Below, one piece after another: positions 25,001 to 35,500 of a DNA stretch of 64,000 nt. How positions within the stretch are numbered: position 1 is the stretch's first letter; each line of letters begins with the position of its first letter. The notes below the pieces were generated by a model, which saw only the letters and a list, made by a program, of their open reading frames with translations, had not been told where the DNA came from and searched no databases. A program made the position numbers and the translations under genes. The DNA is from Macrostomum lignano. Taxonomy: Eukaryota. Location of the stretch: positions 1 to 64,000 of the forward strand of contig NIVC01002655.1 of NCBI GenBank assembly GCA_002269645.1, read 5' to 3'.

Positions 25001-25944
25001 GCTTGTGGCAGCACAAATGGCCTGGACGTTAATCGAATGGTTATACTCGTAGTTTCTTTGGTTGACAAATTCGTCCGGAAATTGCCCAATTGGTGGGCCC
25101 CTTGAATTCTCACATACATGTAGGTTGACAAATTTGGTGAAACCCCGTTGGGATGCGTACCCAGTGGCTTCAGTCAATCACGGAATATGCGTTGTTGACG
25201 GAAGGTCTCGCTCAACAAAATCAATAGTTTCGTCTATGGTAGTCTGTGGCTTTGCCTTTCTGCCTTTCGTATGGTTTTGCCATAGACTGTAACTCACATT
25301 CTCCTCCCCCGACCTTCCAGTTGTACACCGCCTCCGGCAGCGTGCTCCGGGTCAACCAGACCCAGCTCTACTGGGACATTTATCTTCGCCCGCTGCTCTT
25401 GGCCTTCGGCGAGCTGCGCTACGACAGCCTGGCTGGCTGTCTGGACGGCGAGGACAACTCGCAGGGCTGCCCGCACCCGAATGGCCTCCGGGCGTACACC
25501 GGCGGTCTCATGCACGTCTACCTGATCGTGGTGAACCTGCTGCTCATCAACCTACTCATCGCCAAGTTCAGTCTCACCGTGTCAGTCAAGGACGCTAATG
25601 GCTTTGTGACCTGGAGGCGCTATCGCTACCAGCTGCTGCTGGAGTTCGAGGTCATCAACACGCTGCCGCCGCCGGTCAACGTGCCGAGCATCCTGCTGAA
25701 CTGGCTGCTCCGCTGCCTGGCCGCCCGGCCTGCCGCAGCTGCCGGCCGCTCCAATGCCACCGCCGTCGAGGATGACGGCGTCGAACTGCGCGCCACCGCG
25801 GCTGGCGCTGACGGGCCCCGTTACCTTCAGGACGCGGCCGCCTCCGCCTTCAAGTTGGTGCAGGCGGTGGCGCTGCGGACTCCACAGCGTCGACGCGAGA
25901 CGCTCAGACGCGAACGAGGCGCCGGAGTTTTCACCGAAGAATGA
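22068..25944 (+). CDS. TRPM-like transient receptor potential cation channel (about 763 aa, 2 coding exons)
   Basis: Exons 22068-23735 and 25321-25944 (phase 0). Six hydrophobic segments, YFNIWNLID, S4-S5 linker KFGPFINMMK, pore LAFGEL followed by two Cys, S6 VNLLLINLLIAKF, TRP-box-like WRRYRYQLLLEF and LPPP. Confidence 0.85.
23836..24615 (+). repeat. 20-bp minisatellite in the TRPM intron
   Basis: ACTACAGACAGTGGRGTTTG units. Confidence 0.96.
24890..25200 (-). mobile_element. Degenerate PIF/Harbinger (HARBI1-like) transposase fragment in the TRPM intron
   Basis: The minus strand reads FVNQRNY..HSINVQAIC..TFLDV and, after a frameshift, WTGSVHDSRIFCNS, matching Harbinger DDE motifs (NRK.YHSINVQ, WPGSVHDSRIF). 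Confidence 0.7.
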
Positions 25945-26954
25945 ATTTTGTGTGTTCCGTCTGAGCTACTCGTGTGCTGATTCTACTACTGATAGAAAAA
26001 GAGCAGTAGAGTAGTGCGAACAGGTGACACTTAAAGTAAAGAAGAAAATCAAGTAGAGAATTTCAAACCAAGTTTTCTGGCCACGGAACTGTAGATTTTC
26101 AATGGAATTCTATGGAACCATTAATTTCGAATTAATAATACTTATATTATTTATTTACATTAGAATGATATTAATTTATTAAAGTACAGCTTGACTTGAC
26201 TTGACACAATATATAAACCCCAAAGATTTTTATTGCTTTCAATTTTATCGCTTAAATGTTTTAGCACTGCTTAAGCCCGGCTCATCAGATTTCTGCGACA
26301 ATTTTATAAACAAAACCAATTATTTATTTATTTAGTTATTTACAACATAATTATTTATATGCTTATTTAACACAAATAATTAAGACAAAATGACTGCTGC
26401 TAGTCACTGTTTTTCTGCAATGTTTTTTAACCAAACTTTCATATTAAACGGACGATTTTTTATCGGATTTTGTTTAAATTATTTGTTTACCGCCTTGATT
26501 TTAATTCCCAAAGGAGCAGTCATATATACTTGAGGTCTTTAGTTCGAGTTTTTCAGAGTGACATTGTGAAAAGAGGCTCTGTAAAGATAAATAGATTTTT
26601 TAAATAATTTGTCCTTGCAGAAGCTTGTTAGGTTGTATATTTATAATTTAACATTTGATTGTTAATTACTTGTTACAGAATTTCGACAGAACCCATATCA
26701 AGCATACAAGAAGAAAATAATTTTACCTTTCCACTCTTCAAGTTAGTTTTAATTTTCGCAGTTGTTTTATTTACGAAACAAGTTATTTAAAACAAATAAT
26801 TTCCCATACTCGAACGGCTTCATATTATATAAACAAAAACTAGAGTTAGTATTTCAAAGTTAAGCAGTTTTTCAATCAGTTTAGCGTCTTTTTTCTATAA
26901 CATTCTCGGCACCGTCTACTAAAAGTATAGAGATAAGCAGACGCCAGCAGTTTT

Positions 26955-29147
26955 TTAGGTGTCTGAAGAAGCGGTCGGGGTTCGCTCCTGCACGGTGTAC
27001 TTGGCTGTGTATTCTGAGTACTCGGGGTACTTTTCCTCGTCACGCCGAGTGGCAGCCAGACTGCGTGACTCGCTGGAGATCTGCTCGTACTCGGCCAGGG
27101 TTTTGGGCCGAATGTTCTGCAGAATTCGCTGCTCATTGAGCCGGTGGCTGGATGCGAACCAGGTGTTCGACTCTGCGAGTTCAAGTAAGCGTTTATCCAG
27201 TCTGTTTCGGCTTTAATTATGCCACTTAGGCTAAGAATACATTTATCTAACCATCAGACAGGATGCTACTCTACTAGCTTGTACTTTTATCAACTCAAAC
27301 AGGAGGGGGTACCAGTCTACCAGAGTGTAATTTTGGGGTACCAGTCTGCCAGAATGTACTTTTAAGTTACCAGTCTGCCAGAATGTACTTTTGGGGTACC
27401 AGTCTGCCAGAATGTACTTTTGAGGTACCAGTCTGCCAGAATGTACTTTTGGGGTACCAGTCTGCCAAAATGTACTTTTGGGGTACCAGTCTGCCAGAAT
27501 GTACTTTTGAGGTACCAGTCTGCCAGAATGTACTTTTGGGGTACCAGTCTACCAGAATTTAATTTTGGGATTCCACTCGAACAGGAGAGAGGCGCCAGTC
27601 TGCCAGAATGTACTTTTGGGGTGCCACTCTACCAGTTTGTGCTTTTATCAACTCTAACAATTAATATCTCCAGAGCAAATCAAGCAACTAACGCGGATTC
27701 CTCTGAGCATAGTAGCCATCGCCCGGCCGGCCATACTTGAAGGTGATCTCGCCTGGCAAGTTGGTCGGCGGCCGGTGGTAGGTGTCCACCGGCAGGAAGG
27801 CCACGGGAGATTCGCCGTCAAAGTGGCCGAGGGTCTTCTCGCCTAAAATCAACAGATTCATTTTTATTTAATTCTACAGAATCAAAAGTAAAAAAACATT
27901 ATTGTAAGTGAAAAAGCGGCCGAAATCCAATTTAAATTTGCCCCATGAAAAGACAAAACTTTACTGACAATTAAATATGTTTATTTATGAGTGCATCTTC
28001 AGCAATGTTCTGGTTAAAACTCAATGTGGCCTAGGTCAAGTTTTCTCTATCTAAAAATTATAATGCATTTCTAAGAAAAACTTAATTCCGTCTGATAATT
28101 AAAACTAAATTCAATTTTGCTTATGAGATTTACAATGTTACTTATTTGCAACTAGCCGATTTCTAGCCAATGCTCTCGGTTTTGGTGCGATAAATAAGTT
28201 GAGTTTAGATTAACAAATTATAAAGTAATAATTCCGGATTGACGATCACTGCTATATAATTACCGGCGCGATTCGGTCCCCAGGAGAAATATGCTCCCGG
28301 CCTCGAGGCGCTGTGATCCGGCGGCAGCTCCCGGTCCAGCCGATCGCCGATGTAGCAGTGCGGATTCGATGGCGTCGGCTGGTCTCTGAACAGGTGCTGC
28401 GACATCGAATCGGCGTACCTGTCTATGTAGTACCGGCCGCCCTCCCGGGGATCCGGGATGCAGCCGGGCTCTCGCGGCTCCTCCTTGGACTCGTGAAAAA
28501 ATGCGTGCGGATTCTGGGAAAAGAATGATTGGAGGGGATTTAAGTGAATCCAAAAAGGAAACAGATGTCATTTTGTTTTTCTTTAATTGGTTCATTTAAT
28601 TTCTTTGGAATTTTCCAGAACAATTTTGCATTGAGTTCACAGATTTTTTAAAATATCATTTTTTAGGATTCAATTTCAAACTTTTTTGTGAAAGTGTGAT
28701 CTCTTAAAAGACAATAAATTTTTTAAAAATATCTATCTATCTATTTAAATTATTGTATCTTTGTAATTTGCATTTTTTATAAGTTGCGCAATGTTTTCGA
28801 TTTTCGAGCAAAAAACCTTATTAACAGTAAAAAACAGCAACGAGCAGCACTTCAACATAAGTCCATGAGGAGTTTTTAAAAAATAAAATCCTAATCTTTT
28901 ATTGTATTTTGTGAAATTTAGTGAATGTTGTATTTCATTTGATATTTAATAAAACAGTTTCAGTTTTAAAAGTTATTTGATCCAAAATATCTTTTTCGCT
29001 CACCTTTTTGATAGACTTTTCCTGCTCACTTGTCATGTTGGAGTATGGGACATTTGGCGTTTTTGGCAGACCAGTATAAGGATCAGTAGACTCATCGCAG
29101 CTGTATTCCAGATTTTTGGTGCGTTTAAGCTCTACGTTAGAAGCCAT
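26955..29147 (-). CDS. Uncharacterised 253-aa Pro/Tyr/Gly-rich protein, 4 exons
   Basis: Exons 29147-29004, 28513-28264, 27842-27693, 27172-26955; canonical splice sites, phases 0/1/1 join into one ORF (MASNVELK...GRPGDGYYAQRNPQSNTWF...TASSDT*). No domain recognised. Confidence 0.85.
27305..27640 (+). repeat. About 29-bp minisatellite in intron 3 of the uncharacterised gene
   Basis: GGGGTACCAGTCTGCCAGAATGTACTTTT units. Confidence 0.9.
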
Positions 29148-31159
29148 GACTAAAAATAAATCTAATCAGTAAAATTTGGGAATTTTTATGTATTTTAACT
29201 GTTGGTAAGACGTAGGAGCCTTACAATTGCAATCCAGAACCCAGGATTGAATCACAATTGAATTTTTCGATGCAAGCAAGAGGTTCTCTTGGTGCTCTAA
29301 ATAAAATGCGCTGTGTGATAAAGTCTCTAATACTAAAAATGATTAAAAACTTTTTTTGTCGAAAATTAGCTTTTATATTTTATGAATTCTGTTTTAAATT
29401 GATAATAAGTATTACTTTGTTTTAGCCAGCAGACTTTTAAAAACCGTCAGCAAACGGCATATTTTCTATAATTCGTAAGGTTAAGTGTGACGAATAAGGT
29501 GAATAAGACGGTTTTGTGTAGCGGTTAATTTAGATAGTTCACGATTAGTTAGCAGATCGGTAAGCCGCTTACACCCTTAGACTTTTACTATCGCTACTTA
29601 AAATTGCTGGATCAGTTAATTAACTAATTAATTGGTGGGCCAAGGTAGACGGCGGAAGAGTTGGTGTAAGGAGACCAGATAGCGTCACAGCTAAGGGTTA
29701 GCGAGCCTAGGTCGAGAAGCGAAGCAAGGGGGAAGGGCGAGAGCGGCTGCTGACTGTAGTGTAAGCATATATTTAAAGGTAAACAGATAACAACAACACC
29801 CTTAATCCAAAACCCAGACAAACAACCCCACGCGGCGCGCAATGTACATGTACAAATTAATCGATAAAATATATCGTGCAAGAATAACATACGTCAGTAC
29901 ATGTACATAGTTAGAACTACTTTACGAGAAATAATAACGATGTGAAAGAAATACAAATAATAGAATAAATACATACGAGGCTACAAAAACAAAGCAATTA
30001 ACAGTAAAAATAGCGCGATAATAATACGTACGAATATTGTTAAAATAAATGAAAGAATACAGTAGTAGTACCGTATGCATATGAAAATAAAGAAATACGA
30101 TACACGCTTCTACGAATCACACTGTCACATAAGCATTAAAGAAGAGAAAAAAGATATCGTTAATCTTTAATTAAGAAACGTTTCATTGGGCAAGCAAAGG
30201 TAAATGTCTGGTTCATAACGTCAGTTATCAGAGTACATGTACAAAAGCTCTTATGGACAGAACTTAGTAGGCTATAGTAGCCTATACAAGCTAGTACTTA
30301 TCAACCATGTACTGTTTATTAATAGCTTGTGCTATTATTTGTAAAGTAATATCTCGTTGTGCATTTCCTTATTTTCTTACTTAAAATGGTTAATTAGTTA
30401 ATACGAGTATAGTGCATAAAATGACAAATTGCCCAGGACCAGGTTGGGAAAGAAATGATTGAATCAAATAATAACAATAATTGCATTCGGTCAACGAACG
30501 AACAGAATCTAAAAAGCTCGGCTTGACGTAGGTTGAAGTCTGACTGAGACGGACTCCGACTCCCGTCAGCTGGGAGCGTTCACTAGATCCGACAGTTGGC
30601 AGGCACGTACGTTTTCTCAGACGGTCTCTCAGAGAGCAGACTTCTTGAGCTGCTTCGAGTCGGGCGCTGGCAGCAGCACCCATACTGATCCAGCATTCCA
30701 GCGTCAAGAGTACGAGCTGTGTGGGCTACTCAGCGGTGGAAATCAATCCCGAGCTTCTACATGCATACACTGAAGACACTGAAGCCAGCCATTAATATCT
30801 TGGCTCTATTCGCTCATTAAAAACTATAATTTGACACTGCCGCAAATCAAGGGGAGAGTATATACAGTAGACCGCTTCCGGTTGACCCTGAGCAGGAACA
30901 TGGATGTACGTGCAGGAACAAGCTCATACAAGGTGTACAGTGACTCTGATTTTCTCAATAGCAGCTCCGATTGCTGCCTGTACAGAATCCAGATTCATTG
31001 CTTTTTGATAATTTTTTAACTACCGTAACGTCTTCATTGCATAATGAGATCGGAACTGGTTTTATAATCGTTAAAAAAGTATTCGGATTTGAAATGAGAA
31101 AAACTTTGCATTTTAAACTTAATTTTGGCTCGAGTTGCTTGTCGCAGTTTAGAAATTTT

Positions 31160-31710
31160 TGGTGAGATTTGACAATATTTTTTGTGATTTCGAGAGATTA
31201 AGGTAAGATTTTGGTGAGATTTAATAAGATTTAATGAGTTTCAGTGAGATTTGATGAAATTCGGTCGGAGATATTTGGTGAAATTTAGAGAGATTTCAGT
31301 GGCGCAACCAGGAGGGGGGGGCTGGGGGGGAGCAGTCGCCCCCCCTTTAGGTGGAGACCAGAAAAAAATCAAAGGGGGGACCAAGCGAATTTTTGCCAAA
31401 ATACAGAGCCGCACCCCCTCTGCCCCCTTGGGTCTTTACCCTCCAGAATCCGCCCCCTTAACAAAAATTTCTGGTTGGACTACTGAGAGAATTACTGAGA
31501 TTATAAGATTTGATGAGATTTAATAAAATTTTAAAATATTTGGTGAGATTTGGTGAGATTTAATGAGATCGAAAGAGATTTAGTGAGATTTAGTGAGTTT
31601 TAGTGAGATTTGGTGAGATTTAGTGAGATTTGGTGAGATTTAATAAGATTTAGTGAAATTTGGTGAGATCTGGTGTGAGATTTGGTAAGATTAAATTAGA
31701 TTTGGAGATT
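31160..31710 (+). repeat. Degenerate 10-bp satellite interrupted by a MITE
   Basis: GAGATTTGGT / GAGATTTAGT units on both sides of 31297-31485. Confidence 0.85.
31297..31485. mobile_element. Non-autonomous hAT-like MITE (189 bp)
   Basis: Imperfect TIRs CAGTGGCGCAACCAG / CTGGTTGGACTACTG; flanks AGAGATTT and AGAGAATT (8-bp TSD, 7/8 match). Inserted in a GAGATTTRGT satellite. Confidence 0.75.
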
Positions 31711-32524
31711 TTTAAATAGTTACTAATCAAATAATGTTCGATACCTTTTCTTTGCGTTTTCTTATTGCAACTATTGTATCATTTTTACTGAACTAATTGG
31801 TAGCTGCTTCACATTTGCGCGCCGATTCAAACCGGCTGGAACTGAACTTATTCAGATTCGGTGTCAGACCTTCTGGGCCCGCAGAAATGCTGAAGCTCTG
31901 GCGGGTTTTGGCGGACCGCCCCCCCCCTCTGACAGGGCAATTCGCGGCAAACACAGCAGTCAAGACTGTCAAATTTATCGATCGCGTGTCTCCCTCCTTC
32001 AAAAGCTTTTTTTCAACAAAAAGAATTTCGACACCCCTCTCAGGCTGCTTCACTCCAGCTCAGCTGGCCCCTGTTTTGAAGTGATCGCAACTTACTGGAT
32101 GCAATGCTGCTCTGCAAGTGAGAAGACTGACTGCATAGTCGAGTCGAGTGTTTCGATACGCTAGACCGGTTGGGTGGCGGTTTTGCGCGAGGACCATTGT
32201 AATTTTCTCGCCCACACACCTTTCCCCACCCTCCCAGCGCAAGCCCTCCACGGATCGCAGATGGTATTCGGGACGGAGAGGTAGAGTGGTAGCGGCAGGG
32301 GGAGATGCGAGGGGCAGCAGACGGTAGGCGGCCGAGGAGCGCCCCTCCCCGCCAGCAGTGCCGAATGGCGTCTCCTGAACGGCGGCGAGAGGTGGCGGAA
32401 GCGCAGCGTGCTCAATAGACTTTATAATGACGCCAGATCGTTCAAAGCATCGGAATAAAGTGGAGAAGTAAGGAAATAAAGTTATTTGCTGATAACCGGA
32501 GACCAACTCGCTTCATCTCCAACG

Positions 32525-35500
32525 ATGCGTCCGTTCCTGCTGCTGACGGCTCTTCTGGTGGCCTGCGTTCAGGCCTCGATGGCTAAGAGTAAGTTTTCTA
32601 ATTAATAGAATTACGACTGCTTCAGGAAATTTAACTAGCCTGCTGTACCGTCCATCACGCTTTTCCACTGTGTCTTCGTTGCAGAAATGTGCCCAAATGC
32701 TGTGATCTTCAATTCGTACAACTTCCCAACTTACTACCTGACCCAGAGGGGCAACGGCGAGATGGGCATCGCCATTGGCAACGGGACCAGGTTTGTTGAG
32801 CGGGACGCTCTTGATGGAACAAAGGACGGAATTTCGCTGGAGTCGCTGTCTCAACCGGGCTACTTCCTGTGCAACGTCGACAACATCATCAAGTTGGTGA
32901 AAACCGACAAGAGCGCGCTGTTCAGCCGGGAGGCCTCGTTCCTGCTTGAGAAGGCTGGGGAAGGCTACTATCGATTCAAGAGTACGACGCACTCCAAGCA
33001 TTACCTGAGACATCAGTCAATGAAGCTGAAGCTCATGAGCTGGACAGATACCAACCTGTTCAAGGCTGATTCTTCGTTCGGAGTTGTCTGCGCAAGCGGT
33101 AAGTCGCTTGTTTCTTGTATGCCTCCCAGGGACGGAAAGTTTTCGTTGGTTTTTTTTCTGGGTAGAAAACTACAAAGACTGAATTTGTTACAGACAAACT
33201 GTTCAAGCTGGACGTTTGCGACGGCGAGTTCCATCTGATCTCGAAGAATTATCCCAAATACTCCGTCAAGGCCGGTATCGACGTGATCTCCACCATCAGC
33301 ACCACCAACGGCACCAGACTGAAGTTCGTCACGCCAGCTCTGAACGGCAATCCTCGAGCCGTGTCCATCGAGTCAGCTGAGAAGCCTGGCCACTTCCTCA
33401 ACACGGTTGCCGACCACTTTGTCATGATGACAAAGTTCGAAAACACAGCAGAGTTCAGGAACGCCTCCACCTTTAAGGTAGTCATCATGAGCAACGGATA
33501 CGTGCGACTGCAGTCCCTGAGGAACCCTCGCCACTACATCCGGCACAGCGAGTTCAAGCTGCGGCTGGAACGCTGGGCCGAGACCAAGCTGTACGACCAG
33601 GACTCGTCGTGGAAGATCGACTGTGCCCGTAAGGCTTCTAGACGTATCTGTCACTAACCAATCAACCATGCATAGCACGAGCGCAATGGGAGCTAACTCA
33701 CTTTTATCTGAGTCCAACGACAGTGTACTCGATGTAATAATGAAGCTAACTCTTCTTTTTTCTTGAGTAAAGCAAACTGACTTGATTAACTCTCGTTCAC
33801 ATCGCATCAAATTAAGCCCGATCTCATTTTGACATCAATTAGTAGCTCATTTTCATATGATCTCACATTTGAAACTTCTACTTTGCCAGTACTTCTCTCT
33901 TCGACCTCTCCCTCCGTCGCTCTCTCAGTCTTTCTCTTTGTCTCTTTGTCTCTCTCTCGTCTCTTTCTATCTCTCCGTCTCTCCGTCTCTCTCTGCATCT
34001 CTCTCCGTCCTTCTTTGTCCCTGCGTCTCTCCCTGGCTCTCAATGTGTCTCTTATTCTCTGACTTTCTTACTCACTCAGTCTACCCTACTCTATGTACAT
34101 GTAGCTCAGTTACAGTCTTGTGTCACTGTCACACAGTCACCACAGAATCTATATACTCGTATGTTGACATCTTCTCAAACCCGCCTTTTTGACTTACAAA
34201 CATGCACTACTACACTGTGCCTCAACCCACCTCATGCAGTCATTCCCTGCGAGACCAAAGCTTTCGTGTACAACCCCGCCTACGAGAACGCGCGCGGTCC
34301 TCACTGCGAGTTCGGTAAGACCGAGTGGTGTTTTGTTGCCATGAAAACTGCAAACTGCTAAACTTTGCTAAATTATTGTTGCCAAGAGGAGGCAAGTCGT
34401 CTTATACCTCTGACCACCCCGCAGCCCCGCCCAAGTGGTGGCAGATTAGCCCATTCTGCAAGGACCTCCCGGCCAACCGGCCCTCGCCCATCAACATCGA
34501 GATGGGACTCTGCAAGAACAAGTCGGCCAAGGTGAAGAAAATCGTACTGGGCAAGGGCTGGCACGATGAGAGAAAGTTCATTGTGAAGAACAACGGACAC
34601 TCCAGTGAGTTGATGCTCTGTAGGAAGGCAGGGCACTACCTTAAAAAGCACATTAGCTGCTGAGGTCAGAACACACCTGCAAAATCTGAGAAGATATTTG
34701 TACCATAGGACATCAGAGTGCTGTTAGAGTCTATAAAGCACCTATTAGAGCTAAGAAATCACATGCTACAGCTTAGAAATCACATGCTACAGCTTAGAAA
34801 TCACATGCTACAGCTTAGAAATCACATGCTACAGCTTAGAAATCACATGCTACAGCTTAGAAATCACATGCTACAGCTTAGAAATCACATGCTACAGCTT
34901 AGAAATCACATGCTACAGCTTAGAAATCACATGCTACAGCTTAGAAATCACATGCTACAGCTTAGAAATCACATGCTACAGCTTAGAAATCACATGCTAC
35001 AGCTTAGAAATCACATGCTACAGCTTAGAAATCACATGCTACAGCTTAGAAATCACATGCTACAGCTTAGAAATCACATGCTACAGCTTAGAAATCACAT
35101 GCTACAGCTTAGAAATCACATGCTACAGCTTAGAAATCACATGCTACAGCTTAGAAATCACATGCTACAGCTTATAAATCACATGCTACAGCTTAGAAAT
35201 CACATGCTACAACTCATGAAGAACATTCAACATCCTGAGAATCACCTGTCCAATCCTTCGCCTGTGCATCCTCTCCTCTCCAGTCCAAGCTGACGCGGTG
35301 AACAGCGCCGACCTGACGGTGACCGGAGGCCACCTCAACGGCACCTACAACTGCTTCCAGTTCCACTTCCACTGGGGCAGCGCCGCCAACGTTGAGAAGG
35401 GCATCGGCAGCGAGCACCGGCTTTTTGACGCCACCGGCAAGGCGCTCCCGACTCCCATGGAGGTGCACATCGTGTGCAAGAGGCAGGAGCTGAGCATGTC

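Noticed and set aside
30390-31019. GC-richer segments with short ORFs between the uncharacterised gene and the CA gene
   Set aside because: Stops occur in all frames, and there is no consistent splice model or recognisable motif.
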